Part shown: positions 38,040 through 50,025 of the stretch, piece by piece
Position numbering within the stretch: the stretch's first letter is position 1
Layout of the letters: each line of letters begins with the position of its first letter
NCBI GenBank assembly: GCA_030704615.1
Contig: CM060732.1
Span: 5,146,001-5,210,000 of the forward strand
DNA from: Takakia lepidozioides
Taxonomy: Eukaryota > Plantae > Bryophyta
DNA: 64,000 nt
Reading direction: 5' to 3'
The notes under the pieces: generated by a model
The model's database searches: none
What the model saw: only the letters and a program-made list of their open reading frames with translations
Told to the model about the DNA's origin: nothing
Program-made: the position numbers and the translations under genes

Positions 38040-38995
38040 GGGCGGTAAGTGCCAGGTGGGCCTATAGCCACTCGAGACGATGAAGTCCATCCCCCTTCGA
38101 TGTAAATGCGGCGCCGAATTTCCATCCGGGGGATGGACTTCGGTGGCAGATTTCAAACTATACCCCGTGGATGAGAAAGAGGTATCGGGTCATCCACCGC
38201 TGGCGTGATGAACACGTTACACGATGGTTGGTGGGTACGTGGGACCCAGATGCTCCATTATTGGAGCCCGCACTGCTCTTCCGCTTCTAATCATTTCAAA
38301 AATCTAAGGGCTTCGTTGCTGTCCGCAAGGTCATTGTCATCGGCATCAAAGACGTCCTCAGGTCCTCCTTTGCAAGGATGTCATGCTTCTGGAACCGGGA
38401 TGACTGCCCTTATGGAGGCTTTGATTATGCAATGTATTCGGCCACATCGGGAGACATCGTTATCTGGTACACAGATTACACAGAAGATACTCGTTCGAAT
38501 GTGGAAACATTGTCCGCTTTTGAGTATATCCCAGGCCACTACGCCTTCGAGCGGGGTGACGATCTTGGTCTGAGGAGTCCGTGGCTCCTGCGCATCCTTG
38601 ATTCCAATTTTCCCAGCTATGACCGGCATCCATGCAGAAGAATGCGCACTGCTATGCTGTTGCGGTGGAACTGCTGCCAGTGGACGTGGGTGGACTCCAT
38701 CGGAGAGACGTATACTCCTGAAGGAGTGCGCTCCTCTTCTCCATTGTATGGGGACATTCTCATTGGTGTGGACGACGAAAACGTGAAGCTTTCCATATTC
38801 GATGGTGGTATGATTGAAGGGCACGACATTGTGGTGAACATCAACAGGGGCGGTACAACGGCTGCAATCCAGTTTACCTCGAGGAGCCCGATGACTCATG
38901 AGCTAGTTCTCAGAGTAGTCGAAGTCCCATTGACAACGTGGCTTGTATTCAGAAGGCACAGGGCTAAAGATTTGTTTGCACAATCAGCACAGTAG
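38040..38995 (+). CDS. Gene B', unknown protein paralogous to gene B
   Basis: 205-aa ORF (38378-38995) MSCFWNRDDCPYGGFDYAMY...RWNCCQWT...PLYGDI...FDGGMIEGHDIVV...IQFTSR..ELVLRVVEVP. Coding-like sequence extends upstream through a stop. Confidence 0.65.
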
Positions 38996-39344
38996 ACGTG
39001 CTTCAAATGCAATTCATGTGGATCAATAAAAACCCCATTGTGCCCTCTTTTTGTTCTATTCTGCATCCATCGTTCCCAGAATGCATCATTCCTCATTTCG
39101 TTTGGGATTGGGAGTGTGGGTGGATTTTGCAAGTGGCTGGTAGGCTGAAATGGGCCCCCATTGTACAGAGCAGTACCACCCTACCATTCGTGAAACATTG
39201 CCTTTCAATATGTAATTCTAAAAAACATTGCCGAACCTCCTTCATCGGGAGGTCCTTCTCCCCCTATGACCGTGATACCCTGAACCCTATTCCCGCGGAC
39301 ACTCATTTCCGGAAAATAGTCCTGCTCATGTTTTTTTCGACACT

Positions 39345-39406
39345 TACGACTCTGCTCATGGCTCATGCCGCTCATGGCTCATGGCTCATGAAATAGCAGC
39401 CCCCCT
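39345..39406. repeat. Element terminus type 1: (GGCTCAT)n GAAATAGCAGCCCCCCT
   Basis: Identity with the copy at 56850-56911 stops exactly after CCCCCCT. Confidence 0.75.
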
Positions 39407-39446
39407 TGAGAGAGCCTAGATCCCAAACGAGGGTGGACTTTGTAGA

Positions 39447-42400
39447 GTGACTGAATCTTACCTTTGGTCCAAATTGAAGCTCAAACCGGGCACAGTTTAT
39501 TTGGAAGAAGAAAGGAAGGATGTTCCTGGACAGATTGACCAGACCATTGTTGTGCTAGGTAATGACGGAGGTTGCGGAATCGAAAGGCACGTACCCCCAT
39601 CAGACACCATCCTGTACCGAGCTGTGGGAATGCCCATTACCTTTCCGAATCAGTCGCTACCCACACCATCCACAAAGGAGTCAGGAAACCGACAGGCGGC
39701 CACTGCCAACAGAGAGGTATGCAACAATAATCATTCCCCACCTAAACCGTCAAGACCCTCCATAGCTTCTCGTGTGGAGGTATTCGACATTTCCGAGAAG
39801 GAAGATGAGTGCATTGAGGTCCCCATGTCCTCCACACGGTCGTTCAAATCCGACATGGACGTCTCTGCAGGTGCTATGCATGTACCCTGGAGCATAACTC
39901 CAACCCGGTCCATTGTGCAGCTCCTACGGCAACATTACCTCGATGGTTCTCGCTCCGAGCTGACTGCTCTCGACTATGCCAAATTTCCAGTCAGGAAGGT
40001 AACGTATCTGCCTCTTGAAGTTGATGGCAATGTCATCTTTGAGTTTCCACCTGTTACTTCCTCAAACAAAGCCTCAGGGATTGAAAGCATGACGGACACC
40101 CCTGGTGTGTGACGAAGACCAGTAGCACGAAAATTGTTGATGGTGTTCGTGTACGATATGTCCTCTGTGCGGGGAAGCTGAGGTGCCTCAATCCCGCCTG
40201 CTTCCACTTTCTCTCCAAAGGAGGGCGGAGAAACGAGACGGATTGGACTGGCACAACCCATCATCCATTCATTGTCTCCAGCCAAGCTCCTGCGGGTACT
40301 TTCAAGTGCGCACATTGCAAAGAACCACCGACGTGCATGTCCATGTGCAGAGCCAAGCAATATTACATAATCCATTTGCTCCCGGACTTGACTAGAGCTT
40401 GCATACACGTTGGGGTCCACTGCCACCCCTTGGCGAGAAGCAACATGCGGGAGGCTGTGCAGGAAGCACACGCCATCATAAAAGAGGAGGTGAAATTGAG
40501 CCCCAGAGCCAGACCAAAGCAGATTCAGCTGAAGGCAGCCCACAAGATTGCTCTTGGCAAAGTCATGTCTGAAGATGGTTCAGACCGAGTGCCCTTGAAA
40601 AAGAGGAGATGCTTGACCTGTTGGAGTCCGTCTCGCACGTTTGTAGTCCGAATATGCGGAATCACATCGTATCTTGCAAGCATGAGTTCGGCCGGGGGTC
40701 GGACATGCACTCAATTCTGGAGGTGAAACAAAGGACTGGATATGACTACATCCAAGGTAGCAGGTTTCCAGGGCAAGGCAGCGAATCCGATAGTTTTTAC
40801 ATTTTTAAAATGTCGACGTGTGGGCCTAGGAGTGGGGTCGACTTGGTCACTCGCATGACAACTGAAAACTTGTCGAATTGGGTGATGTTTGACCACATCA
40901 AGCGAATTACAAACCATCAGTGGGTGACTATGGGTGCGCATGTCTATGACTATCGCTCCAAGAGGCTCATGACGATTGCAATCTGCGAGATGAAAGGGGA
41001 GGACACACAGTCGGAACGTCGGCTTTGTGCGAGCAATTCTCCACTGTGACGCAGACACAGTTGTCTCCACAATGGCTTGGCCATACTGCATAACAACGGG
41101 CGGAATCTGGGGCAAGCGAGCGGTGGGATTTTCTCGCACGGAATCCCCGCTTGAAGGCGATGGCGATCTGGAAACTCTTGGGCTTCCACTGCTGGAAGAC
41201 ACATTGTGCAGCAACATGACGGGACCTCGAGGTGCTGTCCGAATGTTCCTGTCGGATCTCTAGGATTCCTCTTTGCACCCGGGTTCCTCTTCAATCCTCC
41301 GCCTCACAGGGCGAGTACAAATGTCCCCCTCTAGGTGCTCACCTCTGCGGTGCAAAGGCGTCCCTTTGATCTTCTCTCGCAATGTTGTCACCCATTTCAG
41401 TGGATTCTTCGACCTCGAAGCTGTTCGTACCAACAATTCCTCCCTGTCCGGCCCAAAGCCCCATTGTTTCCCGCTCATGAACTTGTAGTACGTGGCTTGC
41501 TGCATGATTGCTCTGTCGATGTCCTCCGTTGTGGCCGTCACTACGTCCACCAGATGTGCGGCAGAAGACGCTCGCCAGGAGGAGTGGACTGATTCTGCCA
41601 TATTTGTGTTCGGCATGTCCATGTCGGAATCCAAGCACCGCTCCTACAAGGACAGAAACAATGGTGAGGGACCAATGGAAAAGTCCGTAATAGAACGACA
41701 ATTGCATGAAAAGGACAACATCATACCTCCCGCATGTACTGTCCGAACTGTCGATACCGGAAATGCCACCACCCCAACCAGCTGTGCAAGGCTCCCAGAT
41801 TGGTTGTCTCCACCGCACCTGACGTGTTCCACCAAGCCTCGATGATAGCAAACTTAACCTCCGCATCATCAAATGTGGGTGCATCCTTCCACGCCGTACA
41901 AAGGACATGGTGTTCAGCCTGGAATGAGCTAGCAACAAATTTGGTAGTGTAGTGAGATAGACTCTGCATCCAATGGAATCCACAGGATCTCTCTTTCCCC
42001 TCCATTGGAACATTGGGGTCCTCACCATACACACACCGCACCGCTGCCCAGTTGGCCTGAGTGTTGTCTGCCATGAATCCCCTGAAATTGGGCTCTGGCA
42101 AACCCACCCTTGCCATCTGCTCGTTTATGCCCTCCCACAGATGCATAAACGAGCATCCGCTTCCACAGCCTCCACCACCGACCCATGTGAGAGCAAGAAC
42201 AATGGGACGCGACAACTCTAAGCATCCTACACACCGTTGGGGGAAACCGAAGAGGCGGCGACCTCCCTCAAAAATGAACGAGACAAGGATGGGGAATGCA
42301 CTTTGGATGAACTGTACAATCCAGAGCTCGACAGAAGTGCCCCCACCAGGCTTCGGGCGTGTGTATCAGATGCCCACGGCAGGCTCAGCTGTTCGCAATG

Positions 42401-42621
42401 AGGTGTACACCATCACCATTTCAGAATTACCTACCTGCAATTGCACCGACTTCCAGATCATGGCGAACAAGGGGGCATCATACTGCCCTTGCAAGCATCT
42501 GTACTACGTGTACCTAAAAAGACTCCGGTGTAATTCCACAACTCATCACTTCATACATGCACCAGGGTTGAGCCCCCAAGAGGTGTGCACTCTTCTGAAT
42601 ATGGATCCAGGGGACCAGTGA
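39447..42621 (+). pseudogene. Gene C: Mutator-like transposase (WRKY/GCM1-like Zn domain, DDE core, SWIM) with an internally inverted segment ~41012-42146
   Basis: + strand: DGHPWC..CAGKLRCLNPAC..CAHC..IHVGVHCHP; VMFDH..TMGAHVYD..CEMKGED. - strand: LWEGINEQM..GFMADN.QANW..SCGFHW; NMAESVH. + strand: YTITISELPTCNCTDF..CKHLYYV (SWIM). Confidence 0.8.
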
Positions 42622-43409
42622 GCTTGGCTTGCGGTCCCCACACAATGGTACGCCCATCCTTTTCGGAGTTTCAGTTATAGTAGAACTGTACTGCTGCAAG
42701 TACCTCTGACTCTGGCCACAGAAAGGTCCGACTTATGTCTTGTCTACCAGTAACCTGTTTTGCTCAAACTAAGATAAGATAATAGTATGTCATTCATTAT
42801 TGTTTCCACGTGCTTGTATTTTTGTTTGTCGGAGGGTTCCTGTTTTTCTGCTCTCCCAAACATTGTTTTCCTCATTCGACCCCCGGCAAGGAAATGCGGC
42901 GCCGCATTTCCAAGTAACGTCGTAGGTACTGGTAGATGCGGCCTTCGTCATAGCAAGATAGTCGCACCCAGCCTTCAGGGAGCCGACCGTTGCCAACACC
43001 AAACTCCCCAGAAATTTCGCATGTGCGAGCCCTAATGCGGCACCGCATTTCCCAGTTGAGTCGCAAATCTTTCCCGCCGAATACCCGAAAATGACAGAAT
43101 TGTGAAGTACTGCAGACTCTATTGGTTCAATCGCGGCAGAAGGGTCAGCTTCATTCCAATGTTAAGGCATGTAAAACTGCGGAATACTCTATAAAGGCCA
43201 GTATGCGACGTCCTTTTGCCGTGGTATACTGGATTTCTCGTTGCACGGTCACTCATTTCCATGAGCGGATCTTAAAAACCATGAGCGGAGTTGTTACTGA
43301 TGACATATCTTCGCCGCATTACAGGATCTGGAACTTCCAAAAACGGCAAGGTCAAATTAAAAAACTATTATTTTAATACTTTTTTAATCTGCCCCATTTC
43401 CAAATTTGG

Positions 43410-43522
43410 AGGAGTCCGCTCATGAAATCCACGTGTCTTAGACTTCGGCTCACCGCTCATGCGGCTCATGCGGCTCATGGCTCATGGCTCATGGTTTCTG
43501 CTCATGAAATAGTAAACCTCCT
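43410..43522. repeat. Element terminus type 2: (GGCTCAT)n..CTCATGAAATAGTAAACCTCCT
   Basis: Shares CTCATGAAATAG + 10 nt ending CCT with terminus 1; PPR coding sequence starts immediately after. Confidence 0.75.
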
Positions 43523-45130
43523 TTGGAGACCTATGAGCAAATGATGTGCAAAGTGGTGAAAACCAACCACATCACATTTGTTTGTGTTTGCAATGCGTGT
43601 GCAAGCCTGGGAGCTCTGGAAAAGGGGAAAAAGGTCCATGGTGACATCGTCAAAGCTGGAATTGTACCTGATGTCATCGTGAACATTGCCCTGGTGGACA
43701 TGTATGCCAAATGTGGGTGCATTAAGGATGCGAAGGGAGTTAATTTCAACACCATGGCTGAACGAGATGTGGTGTCGTGGAACGCGACGCTTGTAGGGGT
43801 ATGCACAGCAAGGGTGTGGGATGGAGGCTTTGGAGACCTATGAGCAAATGATGGGGGAAGGGGTGGAGCCACGTCACATTTGTGCGCGTTTGCAGTTCGT
43901 GTGCGAGCCTGGCAGCCTTGGAAAAGGGCAAAGAGGTGCATGGTTGCATCGCTAGTGTTCGACAGTATGGCTGAACGAGATTTGGTGTCATGGAAGGCCA
44001 TGCTTGCAAGATATGCATAGCAGGGGCGCGAGATTGAGGCCTTGGAGACCTATGAACAAATGATGGGTAAGGGGTGAAGTCCGACCACATCACGTTTGTG
44101 TGCGTTTGCAATGCTTGTGCAAGCCTGGCAGCCCTGGAAAAGGGCAAAGGGTGCATGGTGACATCATAAAAGCTGGAATTGTGCCAAATGTCATTCTGGA
44201 CACTACCCTGGTGGACATGTATGCGAAATGTGGGTGCATTGAGGATGCAAAAGGAGTATTTGACAACGTGGTTGAATGAAATGTGGTGTCGTGGAATCCG
44301 AGGATTGCAGGATATGCCCAGCATGGTTGTCATTGGGAGGTCTTGCAACTATTTGAAGGAATGCAAAAGAACGGCTTGAAGCTGGATAGAATCACCTTTA
44401 TATGTGTTCTCTCTGCATACAGCCACACTGGCCTACTGAATGAAGGAAGACGCTACTTCGATTCTCTGAGTCAAGATCATGGTGTCACCCTGCCAGTAAA
44501 GCACTTTGGCTGCATGGTGGACCTTCTGGACGTGCGGGACAAGTACATGAGGCAGTGGACCTTATTAATAAAATGCCAATCAATCCAGATGTTGTGGTGT
44601 GGAAGGCCTTGCTTGGTGCCTGCAGAATCCATGGCAATGTCGAGATGGCTGAATGTGTGGCAACATCTATCCTCAAGTGGGATCAACAGGATGCCGCGAC
44701 TTATGTGTTGCTATATCAAACATCTATGCTGCAGCTGGCAGGTGGGATGATACTGCAAAGGTGACAAGAATGATGAAGGTCAGAGGGGTTAGAAAGGAGC
44801 CAAATGACAAGTTGCATCCCAGAATTAAGGAAATCCATGCTGAGCTAAGAAGATTGTCTTGGCAGATGGAGGAGGCGGGGTATGTGCCTGACACATGTTT
44901 TTTATTGCATGATATGGAGGAAAAGAATATTCTCTTTGCCACCACAGTGAGAAGTTGGCCATTGGTTTTGGGCTGATCAGCACGACTCGTCAAGAATCTT
45001 CGAGTGTGTGGAGACTGCCACACCTCCACCAAATTCATCTCAAAGATTGTTGGCCGAGCAATTGTTGTATGGGACGCTAACTATTCTCCACCACTTTGAA
45101 GATGGGATTTGTTCTTGTGGTGATTACTAG
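43523..45130 (+). pseudogene. PLS-class PPR-E-DYW RNA-editing factor pseudogene
   Basis: ITFVCVCNAC..LEKGK.VH; ALVDMYAKCG; DVVSWN; HFGCMVDLL; VVWKALLGACRIHGN; SNIYAAAGRW; CHHSEKLA (44937); [10 protein letters not shown]; [13 protein letters not shown] (Trp codon now TAG). Frameshifted. Confidence 0.92.
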
Positions 45131-45849
45131 TGAAAGGATGTTCTCTTAGAAAGATGCTAGTGTCTTGCTTCATTCATTGATCCGTGTAGCTACTCAGACC
45201 ATCCACCATTTCCTGAGAGTACTGACCATCATGTACTGTTGAGTGCAAGATGCAAGTGTCTCGCTTCATTCATTGATCTGTGTAGCTACTCAGACCATCC
45301 ACCATTTCCTGATAGTGGGGTCTACCCGACATTGGTGGGAAGTCAGCCCACAATTGCACTTGACTGAAGGGGTGATTTTTGACTGATTCTGGCAACAGTG
45401 GATGGAAATCAGAGTGCTGTCCTAATTCTAGGTTTGGGTGGTGGAGCTTCTCCAAAGCTTGAAGATGGAAGTGAATACGGATTTTAATGAGCTTGATGAG
45501 AGGGACAGTCCTGTGCACAAGTTTGTTCAGCATCTTAAATTTGGACATGTTTGTTTGTTTCTCGTGGTGTGGCTTTGGATGGAGCCCTTGACGAACTTGC
45601 ATGAATATTGTCAAAAGCTAGCCCTAACCCACCAAGATCCAATCCCACGGTGGATGCTTGAAAGTTCATATAGTGAATGTAAGGGTATTTGGGTATGTTG
45701 TTATTGATTGATGCGGCTTGTGAAAATTGAACATTGAAATGCAGATCCGCCATTTGTCTTCCAGAAAAAACAAAACACGGGATCTCTGCATGTAACACCG
45801 TGGGGATGACCCACCCATTTTTTGTGAAAAAATGAACTTAGTTCTTAGA

Positions 45850-46434
45850 ATTCGTCGCTAGTAGTGCGGAGCAACACGAAGCCCTAGTTTGTTATGTTTA
45901 TATACAATCAAACCACTTATGTTGTGCATGTATGTATAATAGGTGTGTTGGTTAATGTATAGTGACTGAGTGATGTTATAATGAGGAGGTCTTAGGTTCA
46001 AGTGTGTATTCTCTAGTAATGTGTGGGATGGTGTGCGGTCAACCGTTGACATGGGATAGGTCAACGGTCAACGGTCAACGCATATTTTAAATTTTTGAAC
46101 CGCCAAAATTTAAATTTTAAAATTTGAATTTGAATTTTGAATTCGCCACATTGTCAAGCAGGGTTTAAGATAAGCCATCAACAAATCCAGTCGAAACGGA
46201 TGTAAGAAAAGCCAGTCAAAACGGGTGTAAAAAAAACCATGTAAAAAAAACCAGATAGGCCGGGCGCCACGTCAGGGTGTAGATGGGTGTAAGATGGTTT
46301 TTTCGACACCACTGGCTTTTTCTACAGGGTGGCGGAATCAACACGGTTTACCTTACACCCAGGGGGGTGTGAGCAGGTGGGCTTTTTAACAGGTGTAAGA
46401 AAAGGTGTTAAAAAAACAAGTTTCTCTTGTAGTG
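45850..46434. mobile_element. CACTA right end
   Basis: TCTCTTGTAGTG ends at 46434; GGTGTAA subterminal repeats at 46200-46410. The left boundary is approximate. Confidence 0.75.
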
Positions 46435-46499
46435 CATCCACCTCGCTTGTGGTGGAAAGAACCTAAACAATACACGCATTGAAATCATGTAGAAAGAAA

Positions 46500-47552
46500 C
46501 GTGTCGCATACTACACCTGAAAAAGACAAGAAATGTGTAATGTTTTACAGAATGAGTTCTGAAGCTTTCAACAACTTAATTTTAGAATTAACACCTTTCT
46601 TGCAATCTCAATTTCTTAATCATGTGAGGCCACATTAGAGATCAGAAGGCCATTGTTCTATATAGGTTTGCTCATGGATATAGTGCTACACATATGGCTG
46701 ATCGTTTCAATGTGGGTGCATCAACCATACGAAAGTATGTTGATATTGTTTGTGATATTCTAACTGATAGAAATAAATTGTTCAGCAAGTACATTAGTAT
46801 CTTTCCTGGTGACCGTTTGAACAAGATTATAAACCGTTTCCAGGAGCTCACAGGGCTATCTAATGTTTGTGGAGCAATTGATGGCAGTCACATTCCTTTA
46901 GCTGAGCTTCCCAATAAAAGAGTCACACTTGCAGTTAGTGATTTTTACAATAGAAAAAATGTGCTGCAAACCGTTTGTGATGTAGACAACAGATTTTGGA
47001 ATGTATGTGTGGGCCAACCTGGAGGGGTTTATAATGGAGGACAGTTCAAGATGTCGAGCCTGTATACACAATTGAGGGCTCGTGAGATTCTTCAAGAGCC
47101 AGTGGTCACAATTGGAGGCATGAGATGCACTCCGTACTTGATTGGAGATGCAGCTTATCATATCCACACCTACTTGCAGAAGAATTGGAAAACCCGCAAT
47201 TCTACTGGCATAGAAAAAATGAGATTTGATTCTAGAATGAACTCAGGCAAGGTGACAGAAAATGCTTTTGGATCTAAAAAACAGATGGTGTATTCTGAAA
47301 CATTTTAATCCCAGAGTTGATAGAGCTGCTAGAATTGCGGTACCTTGTTGTGTCTTGCATAATTATTGTGAGTTGTGGGGTGCTCTTGAGCCACGGCTTG
47401 CCAATGCCCCAGCTAGAAGAGATCATTTGGCAGGTTTTGGAATTAATAGATTACTGACACGGAGAGATGGAGAGATTGCAAAAGCAAAAGGAGAAAGATT
47501 AAGGACTAAGTTGTTTGAGCAGTGGTTGATAAATAATCCAGCTGAGGCCTAA
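46500..47552 (+). pseudogene. PIF/Harbinger DDE transposase (HARBI1-like)
   Basis: ADRFNVGASTI; CGAIDGSHIP; FYNRK..LQTVCD; YLIGDAAY; ENAFG.LKNRWCIL; CCVLHNYC. Frameshifted. Confidence 0.9.
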
Positions 47553-47673
47553 ACGCCTATTATGTACTCCATTTGGTATTGAGATCAAACAATTTTTTGT
47601 TGCAGCTGTAACTCAACATTTGGATGTTGTCCGACACACAACTTAAAGCACCATAAACCATACCAAGATTGCA

Positions 47674-48010
47674 TTATTCTTTAGGCTTCAGAACCTCTGC
47701 AAAGAGGGCAACCATTTGCAATTGTCCTTGCACTATCATCTCTCTCCCTGCCTGTTCACTCTGAAGCATCTGAGTAGTGAGTCTCTCAGTCATTTCCATC
47801 TTCAGTTTCTCTATTTCTTTCAAACCATCGCCGAAGTCTTTGATAGCATCTGCAATTGCAGAGGACCCTACAGACAAATGCCTCCTCTTCCCACTGCTTT
47901 CCCATTCGGCTTTCCCTGCACACCAGGGAGTTTGCAAGCTTTGATCCTTGGTGAATTAGCCAAAGCAGCCTACTCAGGTGCAACACCCTCAACACCTTCA
48001 CCAAAAACAG
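47674..48010 (-). pseudogene. Probable C-terminus of the Harbinger second ORF (Myb/SANT-type partner)
   Basis: Convergent with the transposase; SSGKRR..AIADAIKDF..EIEKLKMEM coiled-coil tail; the 5' part is replaced by PPR sequence. Confidence 0.55.
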
Positions 48011-48016
48011 GAGTCA

Positions 48017-48502
48017 TGCGTTACCGCTGTGCATACCCTACAAGCATCGCATTCCATGACACCACATCTCGTTCAGCCAGAGTGTGGAAAACTCCCTTCG
48101 CATCCTGAATGCACCCACATTTGGCAAACATGTCCACCAGGGCAGTGTTCAGGATGACATCTGGTACAATTCCAGCTTTGACGATGTCACCATGGACCTC
48201 TTACCCCTTTCCCAGAGCTCCCAGGCTTGCACACGCATTGCAAACACAAACAAATGTGATGTGGTTGGGCTTCACCCCTTCGCACATCATTTGCTCATAG
48301 TTCTCAAAAGCCTCCATCCCACGCCCTTGCTGTGCATATCCTGCAATCATCGCACTCCATGACACCCACATCTTGTTCAGCCATACTGTCGAACACTCCC
48401 TTCATACATGTCCACAAGGGTCTTGTTCAGAATGACATGTGGTACAATTGCAGCGACAATGTCGCCATGGACCTCTTTGCCCTTCTCCAGAGCTGCCAGG
48501 CT
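48017..48502 (-). pseudogene. PLS PPR repeat fragment
   Basis: Reverse complement of the same PPR units as 43523-44300. Confidence 0.85.
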
Positions 48503-49137
48503 TCATGACCAGGCAACCACAGCTAGAATTGCATCAATCTCACGCCCACTGCTTGTTAGAAATCTCCAATCAAAGAATTGTGAGTATATAATACTTTTGA
48601 TCAGCCAGAACACTCGAACGGAAATTGTGTGGCAGAAATTCTGATTGTGCAGAAACAGCCGGCATGTCGGTGAGCTGCCATCAGCAAATGGGGTTACAGG
48701 GAAAGGGCGTGATTACCCAAAGCACAAAGGCTGCCAGCAACCGACCCATACACCCATTCCCATTAAAAAATGGCGGACTGTTATACAATTAGTAAAAAGC
48801 AGTGCTGTAAGTTTGTGTAAGTATGTACCAGCTTGCACACAAAGTAAGCTTCACCACCGTCCTTGCAAAGCATCTGTAAGTGTTGTGAATGTTGCGCAAC
48901 GTCAACATCAGAGTGGGGATCAGCTCTAGCAGCGTTGTATGGTTTCATTACATCATGCCCATTCTGTAGCTCTTTTTGGTGAAGTCTTGCAGCCTCAACT
49001 GCTGACCCAAATTGAGAGACTTCCCTCAATGCAATGTAGTCTCTCTCACAACTACTCATGCCTCCTTGGTGAGATCAAACTCTAGGAGTCCTCCTCTTCT
49101 GAGAAATTGCTGCTCAGAAAAAATCGTGCCATGACGT

Positions 49138-49138
<1 letters not shown>

Positions 49139-49171
<33 letters not shown>
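49139..49171. repeat. (TA)n microsatellite
   Basis: About 16 TA units. Confidence 0.95.
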
Positions 49172-49174
<3 letters not shown>

Positions 49175-49574
49175 TTTCTTCTATGGTGAGGCTGGGTTGA
49201 TGACCAGCCAACCATAGGAGTTCTTGCGGTGGATGCAGGTGCAGGTGCCCTGAGCCATTGGGTTATGACCCTTAGACTGCAACAGGTGCCCACCCGTGTC
49301 ACTATTAGATTAGTACTAGAGCCTTATAGTGTGAGGAGGTGCACATTGTGAGTGTCATTACGGAGTTACCCAAGGGTTTTGAGGGGGGCCAAGGGAAAGT
49401 TCCTTTTGTTCTTCCTCCACGTCATGCAACACAAAACGAGTGCACATATCTGGCCTCCTTCATATGCCCAGATAATCTCTTCAGCTCATCATGGATTTCC
49501 TCAATTTGTGGATGAAATGTGTCTTCTACAAAAAAATTATGTACACTTCAGTCCACTTCAATGCACTCCTTCAG

Positions 49575-50015
49575 TTATCCATGCCTCCGCACAAATCGCA
49601 TACATCCTTGCCTTGGCTAGCAGCTGACAACGACAGCCTAGAATTGTTCCAACAAACAACCCAACCCTACTTATCACACTAGTTCCTATGCTGACTTGCA
49701 TCTGCTTCCAGCAGACATTCACCAGTACGGTGCAGCTGAGCGAGCAGAGATTGAAACACGATTGAAACGCGGCCTGCTAAGACTAAGCTGACTCTCCCAA
49801 GAACCTTGTAAACATTAGGAAGAATACCCATGGAGGATTTGACTGACCATGAACCCAAGAGGACCTCTTGTGTCTGCCGCTTGTGTCTGTAGTCATGTCG
49901 GATTGGTCTGTGAGAACCACCACGGTGTAGCTGAGCGGGCGTCGATTGAAACACGGACTGCTAAGACCAAGCTGACTCTCCCAAGAACCTTGTAAACATC
50001 AGGAAGAATACCAAA
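49575..50015 (-). pseudogene. PDF-motif gene remnant (intron + degenerate PDF motif, internal duplication)
   Basis: Intron homologous to 1202-1335 and 58480-58600; QSVFQSTPAQ..DYRHKRQTQE; reverse complement of 60430-60600. Confidence 0.55.
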
Positions 50016-50025
50016 TCATGGTACT

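Larger units (their letters stand above)
32524..39406 (+). repeat. 6.9-kb segment duplicated near-identically at 50026-56911
   Basis: The ORF track repeats with an offset of ~17503; only scattered SNPs and 1-bp indels; both copies end at the same terminal base. Confidence 0.96.
24378..43522. mobile_element. Large rearranged Mutator-like (MULE, DDE+SWIM) element complex with cargo genes and palindrome arrays
   Basis: The same 22-bp palindrome occurs from 24411 to ~43055 across all parts; a MULE transposase lies at 39447-42621; related termini (GGCTCAT)n-GAAATAG-10nt ending CCT at 39406 and 43522. Confidence 0.7.

Noticed and set aside
39447-42621. Zisupton/KDZ classification because of the SWIM finger
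   Set aside because: The core motifs (FD, FMAD, CxxH, AES) fit the Mutator DDE pattern; no KDZ motifs were recognised.
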